Assembly: GCA_001244265.2 (NCBI GenBank)
Contig: CDLV01000009.1
Location: 1,550,001 to 1,614,000, forward strand
Reading direction: 5' to 3'
Source of the DNA: Microbotryum violaceum
Lineage: Eukaryota
Length of the DNA: 64,000 nt
Position 1 is the stretch's first letter. Each line of letters opens with the position of its first letter. Below the pieces are notes generated by a model. That model saw only the letters and a list, made by a program, of their open reading frames with translations. It searched no databases and had not been told where the DNA came from. Positions 1-13,060 of this stretch are shown piece after piece. The translations under genes were made by a program, and so were the position numbers.

Positions 1-295
1 AGCTCGGCCGGGGCGTGACGTGAGAGCTTCGGTGCGAACTCGTGCGAAGGAAAGAGCCTTTTAAAGTTAAAGCCTTTGAGTACGGCGGGCCGTTTGGGTC
101 ATTAGTCCCCCGTTTTCGGGCCTCTTTTTCTATTTGGTGGGTTTCAATCATACCTATAGAAAAAAAAGAAGAGGCGGCGATAAGGACCGTCTCTTTTTGT
201 AGACTATGCAGCTGGAATTCAAAGTCCCACTATCTTTCGTTTTTGAGCGCGACTGTGTCTCACGCGTCGCTTGATCGCTTGATCACCCGACTGGT

Positions 296-356
296 CGCTG
301 CCCGCCGCTGCCCGCCGCTGCCCGCCGCTGCCCGCCGCTGCCCGCCGCTGCCCGCC
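296..356. repeat. 10-bp tandem repeat (CCCGCCGCTG)n upstream of the MAPKKK gene
   Basis: Five perfect units at 301-350 plus partial units on both sides. Confidence 0.95.
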
Positions 357-532
357 CCCCTCCCGCCCCATTCGCTGGCCTCGCGCGACGAGTCACATGT
401 CACACACAACCCACGACCTCCCCCTTCTCGCTTGAGCTTGATCCGCCCCACCCCGACCGGCCACGCTCTCTTCGCCTGGATAATTTGACCAGTCCTGGAT
501 ACTGGGCAGCCAGCTCGCCCGCTCGGCCCGTC

Positions 533-3500
533 ATGCCCTCGCGAGGACCACCGACCGCTTCGGCGAGTGCTTTGGCGCGCGCCAACGCCAAACAGGCTTC
601 GATCGATGCCACCTCGGCCTTGAACCGGTCCCGATCCGCCACTTCGAACAAACCGAGGCTGTTCAACAGGTCAGTTTCACTGCTGGAGCAATTGCAGCCC
701 ACCGCGCTCGTCGTTTGGTGCACTGCGAAGCAGTAGATGTCGGCCACCATGTTCTGCTCTGGTCCCCCCTAATGAATGGTCCATGATCACTTTCTCCGTC
801 GCCGATGCGCCAGGGGTTATGATCAAGAGGATGACCCTGATCGACTGTACTACTCCAAGGGCCTGGGCAAACTCGACAGTGACGACGAATCCGGGGATGA
901 CGACTCGGTCGGAATGGGCGAATCCTACTACAGCACTGGAGACGAGGACGAGGATGTGAGTCTCGCGAGCGAAGATCCGGGGCGGGATCCCACTTGCACA
1001 CGTCATAGCGTACCTGTGTGCGCTGACACCCGCCTTGAGCCCGATCGTCCGTCACAAGCCACACGCGAACGACCATGAGGACTACGATGACGAGCATCCG
1101 CACCTCAGTCGGCCACATCCCACCCCCTTCCCCTCCTACGTGCGACCGGCCAAGTCATTCGATCTGACCCCGGCGAATCACGTCGACGGCGACTCATTTC
1201 ACGGCGTGACAGGGAACCACGACGGTGCATACCACCCGAGCGAGAACGATGGTGGAGACGACGGCAAAGAAGAGGGTGGGCCCGAGGTCGACGCCAGGTT
1301 CGAGTGGCAACACATGCTCGCCAATGTGCTCCAGGGCGACGTGCTAAAGAGTGAAAAGACTCGGCTCTCGACCGCATCCCTTTCGACCACAACCCATCTC
1401 ACCAACAACCTCGTCTCTTTCTCCGGCACGGGTACACGCACAGGCAAGCGGCAGCAGGCCTATGCGATCTGGCTGTTGATTCGGGCCAAGATCAGGGGCA
1501 GAAGTCCGGAGGAGGAATCGCGATACCTCGAAGAGGCGAGGGCCAAGGTCGACGAGGTAATCGACGAGGTGCTCAAATTCAGGGTCATCGATCTCAAGCC
1601 AGCACCAAGCGCCCCACCTATCTCGGAAGAAGCCCGGCTACAGAATGCGGCCGACCAGGTCGCCGGTGTGCTGAGGCGTGTCGATTGGTGCGAAGGCCTG
1701 TACCCGTCTCGCAAGGCGCTGGCTTTGGAAAAGGATCGCGTCTCGACTTCAGAAGTCGTCCGACGGACCGATGCGTTGCGTACGTGGCAAAAGATCACGA
1801 AGCGACTCAAAGTGAGGTGTGGGATTCTCAAAGTCTGGACCGGTACCGAATGGGACAAGCTCTCGGATCCGGCGTGGAAGGCGAATCCCAACGAGCCGAC
1901 GCCCGCCGTTGGCGATGGAAGAGGCTTCGTCGCCAACATCCTGCGCGAGGACGCTCTACAGGAAACCTTCAAGAAGCGCTTGCTGTCGGACGTCTATTCT
2001 CTCGTCCTGACCGCCAAGGAGGCCATGACGGATCTGTCGGCCGATTTCCAAGCGATGAATTTGCCCGGTTTCGCCGCCGATCTGCATCGGCTGGCGATCT
2101 TCCCGTCCCGACTCGCCCAAGAGGCTCTACGTAGTATTCTCGAATCCGTCGCCAAGATTGACGACCCATCGGTCGTATTGATTGACCAGCTGACGAACGA
2201 TCTCCGCAAGGGACTCTCGTCCGCGTGCGAGGTCAAGAAGCAGTACCTCGACCTCGTCGGATCCGATCCCGCCGTCGGGTGGAGCCTACCTGGTCGAGTC
2301 GAAGAATACGAGGAGACAATGTTGTCTACGCTGCGCTATTTCTTCAAGCTCCTGCACTGGAAACTCAAGAGCCCGAGCAAAGCGATCTACTTTAAGGAGA
2401 CCGAGATCGTCGAGAAGGAGTGGGGTTTCCTCAGCATCGTCACGGAGCAGATTGAAGGGGGTGACCTGCTCGTCGGGGAACACTTCAGTACCTTGACGCA
2501 TCGATTGCTCGTGCGCGTCATGAGCTACTTTGAGACACAATTACAAGTCCTCGAGACGAGGGACATGTCGCCACAGGAAACGCTACGATGGTTCAGCCAG
2601 ACGTTGGACAACGTTCGAGCCCGGCATCGCAAGCTGCTGCGCTTTGGCAAGTGAGTGTTTTCCCCAATCTTTCCCGTCCAGACCGATATCTTGGTATGCT
2701 TGATTAAGTTGGCACTGATGACCGCATACTTCTGCTCTTATTCACCTACAGGACCATGTTACAGCGCTTCGAGAACAGTGCCGAATACCTTCTCGACGAC
2801 ATTGATCTCACAGCTTTCATCAACGGTCTTGTCGATTCACACCACTTCATGATCTACACCGGCACCTTTGAGCGGGACGGCATCTATATCGTCGGCGATC
2901 CCTCGATGCATGAACGACCTGAGCTCGTGCATGCCATCTTGGCTCGATGTTTCAGCAGCAATACCCAGGGCGATGCTCAAGGTGTCCTTGAGGCGGACTA
3001 TGACGACCAGATGCACTACGTTTTACTGCTCTCGCCACGCGACCCCTTCCTCTGGACCGGTCGGATCATGAACCTCGAGCTTCCTCGCATGGAATTCGAC
3101 CTGCGAGAGAAGCGCGTACGCCTCGTCTCTGATGGTCCTTCGCTGCGCCTCGCTAGATCTAAACAAACGTTTACAGACATCTTTCCCCGTTTCACTCGTT
3201 CGGTCATCGTCGAGCAAAAAGCGCATCTCGCGAGGGTCAGTCGCGAGATCAAGAAGATTGGACGCGCCATCTTCCGTTTGGCCGAAACGATACTAGGCTC
3301 GATCGACCGAGTTCGTGCCGTTTCACAGCGGAGACCCGAGCAAGGTCAACAGGAGCTTGTGGGCAATTACTTCACCTTTGCTGCCGATCTGGGAAATCGC
3401 AGTATCAAGTATCTGGAGCCCGCGGTGAGAAGTCGCTACGTTTTGATGCTGATGAAGTTTGCGATCGCATGGGTCGCGTTCATCTGCGACGACTGCGTAC

Positions 3501-5383
3501 CGACCGATCCGCGGACGTTTAAGTGGGCGGTCGCAGCACTGGAGTTTGCTCAGTCCATCACGAGGGGCGAGAATATTCTCAAGTTCAGTGCGGAGGAGTT
3601 TGCTCTGCTGAGGACCAAGGTCGCGAGCTGCATGACTTTGCTCATCTCTCATTTCGATATTCTGGGTGCGAGGTCGAGCCAGGAAGCCAAGAAGGAGCAG
3701 GAACGTATCGATGCGGCACGGATCGAGATGAAGGAGCAGCTCGCGTTGCGGTTCGCGCAGCTCAAGAAGATGCGGGGCACAAAATCTGAAGCGACGGACG
3801 ATCTTGAAGTGGGTGATCAGGTCGGACGAAGTGGGGATGATGGGGATAGCGTGGGATCCCTGCAGATGGCGTGGGACAAGCGTATTGAAGCGCTAGCCCA
3901 ACTGGACGAGCTGCGCGTCGCGGTCCAGACTTCGAACCGTGTTGTGGGGCGAGTGTTGGATCAAGAACGTGCCGAGGACAGTGCCCTTGCCTTTCTGGCA
4001 TCGTCGTCTTCAAACATTTCCATCCGCTGGCAACAAGGCAAATTCATCGGTGGAGGCTCTTTCGGTACGGTCTACCTCGCCGTCAATCTCGATTCGGGGC
4101 AAGAGCTGGCGGTCAAAGAGATTCGCTTCCAAGATCTTGCTTCGGCACCCCATTTGGTCAAGACTGTGCGGGACGAAATGAAAGTCATGGAAATGCTCCG
4201 ACACGACAATATCGTACAATACTACGGCATCGAAGTCCATCGCGACAAGGTCTACATTTTTGAAGAGTACTGCCCCGGTGGTAGCTTGGCGAACTTGCTC
4301 GAGCACGGCGCAATCCAGGACGAAATCATCATCCAGATCTACGCCTTGCAGATGCTGAACGGCCTTATCTATTTGCATGCGCAAGACGTCGTTCATCGGG
4401 ACATTAAGCCTGACAGTGAGTCGCTACTTGATCCTCGCTCTGGCCCGCGTGGTTCCTATCCCGTAACAAGCACTGATCAATGAACCGCCGCTTTTCCAGA
4501 TATCTTGCTGGATGCCGATGGAACGATCAAGTTCGTCGACTTTGGAGCCGCAAAAGTTCTCGCGAAAGGCCAGAAAACGATTGCCAGTCGATCCCGAATG
4601 TCCACAGGTGGAGGGGCTGCCGGCGCCGACGGTGGCTTAGCCGTTCCAGGCGCCGACCAGAATTCTTTGACGGGGACGCCAATGTATCTTAGCCCCGAAA
4701 CAGTCAAAGGAGAACGTAGGGGTAAGAAGGGAGCGATGGACGTTTGGGCGGTAGGCTGCGTCATCTTAGAATGCGCAACAGGCCATCGCCCTTGGAGCAA
4801 CCTTGACAATGAGTGGTACGCTATGTTTTCCCTGCACTTTTCTCCTCGCCGTTGTGTGTGACAAGCTGACCCGGCAATTGACTTACCAACCCCGGATCAA
4901 AGGGCTATCATGTTTCACATCGGTATCGCGGTTCAACACCCCCCTCTGCCCGACCCGTCACAACTTTCTGAGCTCGGTATCGATTTCATCCGTCAATGCT
5001 TGACGATCGACCCCGACGACCGGCCATCGGCAGCTGAGATGATTCACCACCCTTGGATCACGATGGCTCTTGAGCAGCTCAGCGAAATGAACGAGACGGA
5101 GACCCCCCCGGTGACCGCATCGTCATCAAGATCAGGGGCCGCCTCGAGTGGAAGTCTTAGAAGCTCGCTGGGTACAAGCTCGCTTTTGAGTCGCAACACC
5201 TCCATCGCTGAAGAAGAGGAGGATGACCGGGCGCTGTCGATGGACGGCGCGGGCAGCCAGGCGACCGATAACTGGGTCGAGGGCGTCGACGAGGCCGTCG
5301 CCGAGGGGAAAGCCGAGGCCTTGGATGATGCCGAGCAGCATTTCGCGCATCAGGCTGAGCTGAGCAGCGTGGCCGAGGAGTAG
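533..5383 (+). CDS. SSK2: Ssk2/Wis4/Win1-type MAP kinase kinase kinase (HOG pathway), about 6 exons
   Basis: C-terminal kinase with WQQGKFIGGGSFGTVY, AVKEIR, VVHRDIKP, DFG, GTPMYLSPE and PWSNLDNEW/AIMFHIG motifs typical of Ssk2. Long N-terminal domain (RFEWQHMLANVLQGDVLKSEKTR; FICDDCVPTDPRTFKWAVAALEFA). GT-AG introns at about 670-813, 956-1058, 2651-2751, 4417-4499 and 4816-4901 join the ORF-track pieces in frame. The ATG at 533 is inferred. Confidence 0.92.
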
Positions 5384-6160
5384 AGAGCCCGGACTATGAT
5401 TCTGTATGTATGTAACACACGTAAACCAGCATAATTCTTCGTGTGCTCGTGTAGTTTGTAACCAAACGCTCGATCGAACGAGATGAGTCGTGGGCCCGAT
5501 GCAAGTAGAATCCCCCCTTTTCTCGAACTCGTGGCAACAGATCCACAACCGCAGAGGATCAAAGCGGTAAGAGGACTGACTAATCTTATGCTGATTTGAT
5601 GAAGCAGTGACATGCACAGGGAGGTGTGTCTGACGTAGGCACGTCCCCCGACCCCGCCGCCCCTTTGTCTGAAAATCCGCAGGTTCATGGAAACCCCTTG
5701 CTCGCCACGCCTCTGCTACTGTGGCGTGCAGTGCGAGCGGCTTAGCTCACAGCGTTCGCTACCTTGGAGGATTTCTCAAGGAAGAGAGGTGATATAGTTT
5801 TAGGATGACTCGGCCGGTAAACGTTGAGCGCTTCGACTTGCGCTTGCCATCGTGCAATTGCCACGGCTACACATGCAAAGCGCGGCACCTCCTTGAAAAA
5901 CCCGATGCACCGGCGAAGCCCGAGCGCGGCGCCGTGCGTCACCGCGTCACCGGACGAACGCGAAACGTCCGGTATTAGTCGCGGGCAAATGTCTCATTAG
6001 TAAACAGGGTGCGAGGCGGCTGCGCGTTAAATGGTAGCCCGAACGTCGGTCGGTGTGATCGCCATGGGGCTTGGGACGCCCACTCTGCCCTGTCATTGCA
6101 CAGGTGCTACCTTCGTCACACACCCACGCATACTTGACGACGGTACAGGTCCATCTGAAA

Positions 6161-8614
6161 ATGTGCTGCTCTACGGCAGCGTGGAAGCGTGAAGTTGTCC
6201 CGGATCACAAGGTGTGTGTAGGTGTGTGTCTCGGCTGTCTCTTCGTCGAGGCGTCGGCGTCGCTGTCTCACTTCGGTCCTTCACGTTCCCACGCCACGAA
6301 CGGGCGCGAGTTCGCGGAAATGGTTCGGGGTACTGCGCCCCTTCATGGTGCCCGTCATGCTTTCAGACGACGATTCGGGTGTATTGCGTGCTTGGTTCGC
6401 TCAGTGACGCGCTCGGTGAGCGTGTCGAGCTTTGCTTTCACTGCAACGCAACTACGCGTCGTCGTCGCTCAACGTCCGCGCGTAGTCGCGCCAAGGGCAC
6501 GAAACGCTGAGCGCCCGTCGTCGAATCTTTCGCAGTTTGATTTCATCGACGTCCACGAGTTCCATTCCAAGAGCTGCACGACGCGATTACAGTGAGTCTT
6601 GGTAATCCACTTCCTAATCTCGGTTGCCGAGCTCATCGCTGTGAGCGGCAACCAACTGACGCAACCGCCTCCTTTGCTCCTTTGTGATTTCCATTTCGCC
6701 GGTACGATCAACACTGGGCAGATATGGCTGGCTTTGGCTGTTGTTCATCAAATCAATTGCGGTATACGTAGCCGATATCTACACTGCCATCGCTTTGCTT
6801 GCTTCGGGCAGGTGGTCGGGCTCGATCCTGCAGTCCGAAGCGGCCGCATCATCGTCCAAGGGGTCATCCGTGCTCGAGGTCCCATTCAACATCGGAAAGT
6901 ACGTTTGGCCCATGCGTGGTTAATCCTGACTTGTCAACCAAGGCTGATCTCAATTGCGACTGGTCTGGGACTCGACCACTCAGGTGGATTTTCACGGGCT
7001 GTATAATATTCTCGTTCCTGCTATTGGCCTGGGAAGCGCGCAAATCGAGGGCCATCATCAAAAGTAGGGACATCAGGTACGTCGAGCGCGCGAGGGAGGT
7101 TCGAGCTTTGGGACTTGGCCAAGCTGAATGTTGCTCCTCTTCATCGACACCGGTCGCAGCTACGCCTTCACCAACGTCATGAGCCAGAGCTGGTACGCTC
7201 TGAGAAGCTACGATCACTTCTGCTTTTTCTGTCAAATCGACAACTCGAAGAAGAAGAAGGACGAGTTCGCCTTTTTCGTCTTCTTCACTTTCAAGGGTAA
7301 GACTGAAGCTGTCTCTGCGCAGTGCGGCACGTTTTGTTGACAGTTTTTGAGGGCGTTTTCGCAGGGTGGAAGCGACTGATTCTTGCAGACGGCCCGCGTC
7401 AGGTCATCAACGGCATCACACTCTACTCCTTCGGCAAATCCGAAAAATGGACGACGGATCTTTCCGTCTACTTTGGTGGTGGCTTCCTCAAAACGGGCAT
7501 CATCATCACCATGCTCTTCACCGTCATCATCTTTGTTGGATCGGCGGTGTTGCTCTTGATAGCAGCGATCATGTATGTGCCGCTGTTGTGCTACATCCAG
7601 GGCAACCTAAAAGAATACTGCTGCCACAAGGTCGACAAACGGTACGTTGGCACATTTGCAAGTCCCGAGCATTCAGGTCACGCATGACTGACACACAAGA
7701 CCTACGTGCCCACAGGATTGCCGAGCTGATGAAGCGCAAGAACCGAAAGCGCCTAGCCAAAGAAGCCGAGATTGCTCGGAAGGAAGCCCGAGGCGATTTT
7801 TCCCATCTCAAGGTGCGTTCGACGATGTTCGCTCTGCGTCAGATTATCCATTCGCTGACGCTATGGTAGTTTTGCCACGCAGGATAAGAAAACCGGCAAA
7901 CTGGTCGCAGCACCCCTGCCTCAGCCGACGTTGCCGAAAGTAGGCTTGCGGGACAACGATTTGTACGCGCCATCATATTCCAACAGTGAAGTTAGCTCGG
8001 CGGTTGGCAATTACCGCTACCCGCCACCCAGCAACATCTCAGGCCATAGCGGGGTGGGAGGATACTTCGATGATCTTCGTTACGATCGAAATCAGCCGTT
8101 GCCCAAATCCAAATTTAATAATTATGCGCCTTCCGAGACGGACTCCTTCGACTTCCAGGCTCCCTCGGGGTTGTACAGTCACAGCGTGAGTTCGATGGAT
8201 GCGTTCGCGCAGCGCGGGGAGGGCATGGGGTACGATCCAAACCAAAGTCGAGGCCACATGGGTGGGGAAGAGATGTCTCGCGCGCCATCCTACCGGAGTC
8301 GCCAAGAAGAAGAAGAGGGCAAGGCCGCAGTACAATCACACCAATTCTACGCAAACTACTACCAGGCTCCGGCGATGCCTTCTCAACAACATAAGAGCCC
8401 GAGACCACACCCCCTGGAAGACGGCGTAGGCAACTCGGAGGTCATGTTCGATGGTCGGGCCCTCGGCCGGGGGGACAGTACGAGGTCCGACGCGCGTTCG
8501 GAATACGTTGTTCCCTCGCGACAGACCCTTTACGATCGGACGGCGGCACGGTATCCTTCAGACGACGACTCCATGATTTTGGCGTACGCTGCTTCACCAC
8601 GTGAAATCAGATGA
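6161..8614 (+). CDS. KCH1: Kch1/Kch2(Prm6)-family fungal potassium transporter / membrane protein, multi-exon
   Basis: Spliced protein MCCSTAAWKREVVPDHK/FDFIDVHEFHSKSC...IAVYVADIYTAIALL...DISYAFTN...DEFAFFVFFTFK/GWKRLILADGPRQVINGITLY...LKEYCCHKVDKRIAEL matches the recalled KCH family pattern. Low-complexity C-terminal tail 7931-8614. Confidence 0.75.
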
Positions 8615-9062
8615 GCGATATTAGACCGCTCCTTTTTGGTTCTCTTTATGGGTTTCGGTTGTCCTACGATGTTTACTCCCAGTGTTGTACCATTGCGCTA
8701 TACGTTGTTCTTTCTGCATTGTCAAAATCGTGTTCCACACCCACGCTTTTGCCGGATTTGGCTCTGCCCTGACCTAAATCCCGACGACTCCGAGCACTCC
8801 CTGGGGGGGGGGGGGTAGGAGAGTGGTTTGAGATGCAACATACTTCATTTCGAAAAGCTTGAGAGGATGACGGAGCACCGGAAGGGCTCGTCAAAACACC
8901 CGGGAATAACTGGATGAAAGCGGTGGGCCGAGAAAACGCAATTCAGACGTTCAGACGGAGGGGGGAGGATGGGAAGGAGTGGGGGGGGGGGGGAGGGGAG
9001 CTCATTATCGTACTGCCGGACCGATCCTGATCACACTACGGCATAATATACTATTCGGCGCG

Positions 9063-10330
9063 TTACCACATATCTGCGAGGTTGAAGACGCGTGTGAAAG
9101 AGGAGAATGAATCATCAGCGCACGTTCAAGTACCGCGGAGACGACGTCATATCAGACAATACAATTCTCACCCTCCAAGGTCTGCAGCATGTCGGTCGAG
9201 TCGATGGTTCCTATCAGCTGCGCTGAATGAAAAGCATCGTACACGAACGGTTGGACGTACCATCTGTTTTGCGATATCTGTATTGGCGACCATGGCTTTA
9301 AAGTCTTCAAAATCGAGTTTGCCAACGCCCTTACGATCGGCCTCCATGATCGCTGTCCGGCGCAGCAGGAAGAATGTGATGTACGGTCAGTGCCATGCAA
9401 TCCGTATTCTTCGCCTTCCAACGCACTCTTGTCCACAATCTGCTGCAACTGTTGATCCTGCAAACTCCATTATGTTCGGACACGGGGTCAGTCACAGAAC
9501 TGGTTCGAGGCGAGCGATTCGGACGACTAGCCTTGAGATTGTTGCCGACCATCATCTTAAGCACCAGGAAAAGCTCCCCGTTGGAGATGTAGCCGTCCCT
9601 ATCCATATCGTACACCTTGAATGCGACTTTTGAGCGATTGAAATGCACAGACGTGAGCCACCTCGAGCATTGGACCACAATAGCCAGAATGCTGGAACTT
9701 CTCACATTTCAGCTTCTCTTCCCGCTCTCCTCGACTACTGAATGCACTCAGGCCCGCCACAAACTCTTGGAAATCGACGGTCCCACCACCGCTATGACAA
9801 TCAACATATCCGAACATTTGAAGCGGTCGTCAGCACGAGCTACTTGGCTGGCAGTCGGATTGTCGAGCGCGAGCCGATCATCCAGGCCGTGGCAATCCGT
9901 GGCAATCGCTCCCCAATCTCGAGATAAGAAAAACTTACTCCTCGTCAAAAATGGCAATCATCCGACTTGCCAATGGGTTGTTTGCGATTTGAGGAATTTG
10001 CAAGAATTCATCCTTGTCAATCGAGCCTGAACCGTCCTTGTCCAACTTCATGAAGCGTTTCTTCAGGCGCTGAATTTCGGGTGCCGAGACTGTATACATT
10101 ATGACATGACATGTTCAGTGAATAGTGTTGGAACAAGCTTTGCAGGCTCAAAAGACGATAATGCAGACAGCTGAGGGTCCACAGCCAAAGTCTGAGACGA
10201 GGTACGAGCGCCACAGGTCGAGATCGGTCCGGTCCGGTCGTGGCCGCTCTGTCCGTAGATGCAAGATGAGACACTGACAGTTGGAGTTCTTCTCCATCTC
10301 CTCCAGTAGTTGAGATTGTCCAGCTCCCAT
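9063..10330 (-). CDS. CNB1: Calcineurin regulatory subunit B
   Basis: MGAGQSQ (myristoylation Gly2), [102 protein letters not shown]. Terminal micro-exons at 9172-9181 and 9063-9073 give TLEDMW*. Confidence 0.96.
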
Positions 10331-11123
10331 TTTCGATTTGCCGATGCAGTTCTGCGACACTATCTAAGACGAGGTAGATGCGGTAAATGCGTTGCTCTGC
10401 GAGTCGGACGTCGTACGTTCGCCTGTGCTTATGCGAGTGAGATGAATTTGATGATCCGGTGGATGGGTCGGTCGAGGAGTCGGAAGGGTTTTGAGATCAA
10501 AGCGCGTCCGGAAGTTCCGAAGGTGGCGTCCTGTCTTGCTTGCGTGGGGGCTGTCGCAATCCCCAGCGAGGTTGTGACGTGACGCAACCACCCACCGCGT
10601 GCGCGCTCGGACCCCTTCGGATTCCCCTGTCATAAGCTAAATTAACTTGAAGCTTGCCAGATCGCGCGAAGTTCACGTCGTATATGAGAGCAAGGTCTGA
10701 ACTGAAGGATATTCCTGTTGTCATCGCACCCCGCTTCTCGCTGATCTTGATTCTTGAAGGAGACCTCCGACTTGGACGAAATAATTGGATCAATCTGAAT
10801 GAGTCTGTCGGAACCCTTGTAAGGACCGGCGCCTGCGGCAGCGCCGCGCTGCGCGCTGCGGCCCGCCTAAGGCTTTCGAGCCTCGCAGCGGCTCTACATG
10901 CTTTTGAAAGGCGGCAAATACAATTTTAAGATATAGCAGAAAATTTTGTCAACATTACAGCGAAATGGTGATAACCCCTTCCTGAGCCGAGAGCAGCAAC
11001 TGCTTTCTTAGAGAACGTAGAAGCTGAATTTCGCATAGCAACATTGGCAGCGTTACGGGTGACCTGCCGGATACATGACACCGAGATCATGTCGGTAACC
11101 AATGATATCCCATTATACAACAG

Positions 11124-12943
11124 TTAGATGGGTGCCAAACCGGTCAGCGAGCGGAAATTTTCGAAGAATAGCAGCGAAAGGACCGAATGCGGCCAGAGGC
11201 GCAAGAAGCACATGGTGAGACCCCGATAAAAGGCCAACGGGCCGTCGTTCCGCAATACCATGGCCGCGCAATGGAGAGTGTTTAGGTACTGCCCAGTAAC
11301 ATCCGACATCATTCGAACCTGTAGGATGAACAGAAGTTCGAGTCAGGCTTGTCCATGCCAAGATGCCGAACCCAGCTCGGCGCGCAAGGTCCTGGCGACC
11401 AACCTTGACGACGTCGACTGCGGAACGATGCAGCCCAGAGGAGTGAGTTAGCGGGATCAAAAGCTTTGATCAAACCAATGCAATGGTTTGTGAAATACCT
11501 GGGCTGGAGACTATGGAACACGTGAATCCTGCCACCCCGCTGGCAATGAAGTGGGTGCGAAAGCCTTCCCGGAACGTGTCTGGAAAGTCGTTCATCAAGC
11601 TGCGTAGTTCGCCGTGTTGTGGCGAAGAGTCGCATATTTCAGTGTCAGCAAACTCGCGACACCGACAGAAGATTCTTTCTTTTGCCTTTCATTTTTTGAC
11701 TCACGTATGCTTGGCATGATCGTACGTCCCAAGTTGAGAAGCTGTTAAGATGCCTGCCCGCAGCACCGTCGGGGCAATGGCGCGATAGAGCCCCGCCACA
11801 CCCCCGGTTCCGACGATATCTTCGACATGCCATCGGAGCGTTCCAATTGCGCCTTTTGACTGCATTCTAACCTTGAGCTACGAGAAAAAGAGGTGTGCTG
11901 GTGAGCTGCGCGGGGTCTACTCCCCCGGAGGTGAAGGGTTTTAACTTGCCAAATCGGCCGGGTTTGCCACGGCGGCACCAAGCATCCCACTCGTCATTCC
12001 AGCCGTCAATTTCGTGGCGAAGGAACCTTCTTCCGCCCACGGAAGGGCCACCAAAACAGCAGCTTTACAGCTGTCGTAAGCGCCCATTCGAAGCCCTCTG
12101 AAAAAGGCGAATGAAAACCCGATCAGCAGTTGCGCTGGCGCTGGGGAGGATAGAGACCGTGGTCGAAAGTGCCGCAACATGAGTGAAAACGGCCTTCAGT
12201 CGAAAGGAGAACACCTTGGGGTGGGTTCATGTAGGCGATCTAGTCTCATGCAGAATTGAGTATCTGCAAAGCATCGAAAGCCGGTCCCAACTTCGTAGAT
12301 GTTGCAGTGCCAGGCCGATCGTGTCGACGAGTCGGCGAATAACCGTCCCCAGGACGAAGCTCCGAAGACAACATCGCATCCGGGTCTGAACTCACGAATA
12401 CGTCATTTCACGCAACATGCTGGCGGAAAGTCCTTTGTAGAGGGATAACGGCCCTTCTGTTTTAAACATGGTTCGCATTGTGGTAGCCCAGTTGGTCGTG
12501 GTTCGATCGGGTTGCAATTGTTGCCGAACCTTGACACTGCCATGGAAGAAAATGTTGAAATTAGAAATGCCTATGTGCTACTCCGTATGCGAGGATGAAC
12601 ATATTGTTCAACTGACAGATCAAAAGGATTTGTCACGAGGGAAGCGGCCTGTGTTGCAGTGGTCGCGGAGTTCAGCAGCGGCAGGCACATCTCGGCGGCG
12701 AAGAGCTGTCTTGCTGCACTTCGCAATTCGTTCTCGGGACAGTGATAGCTTCCAGTAACAGAATCACTCAAGCTCACACAAACCTTGCGATAAACTTGCC
12801 ATGTTGGAAACGCCCGCCAGCAGGACCTTCTGAGCGAGCATGCTCAAGTGACTCGCTTCCGATGCGCCGGCCCCCACTTTTGGAGTTGAAACCGGGGCAA
12901 TGGGAGGAGGCGCCAGATGATCAGCATGCTGGGCTTGACGCAT
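11124..12943 (-). CDS. Mitochondrial carrier (SLC25; UCP/dicarboxylate/oxoglutarate-carrier-like), multi-exon
   Basis: Three carrier repeats with P-x-D motifs (TNPFD, ANPAD, S-x-P-V-D-V-V-K), GPLSLYKGLSASMLRE, RMGAYDSCK and GPLAFYRGLTMCFLRLWPHSVL. Start codon uncertain (12943 or 12841); substrate not assignable by eye. Confidence 0.85.
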
Positions 12944-13060
12944 GTCCTCCAAGCCGCAGAGTTCTCTGGGAGAATGATGCTTGGCGGCCGCAAGACGGGT
13001 GCCAAGCAACAGGCTTCATCAGCGAACCGCGCACGCGCGATTCCCTCGATCAAGGATTCG

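Noticed and set aside
8803-9000. G runs between the convergent KCH and CNB1 genes
   Set aside because: Simple homopolymers in 3' UTR/intergenic DNA; no evidence of function.
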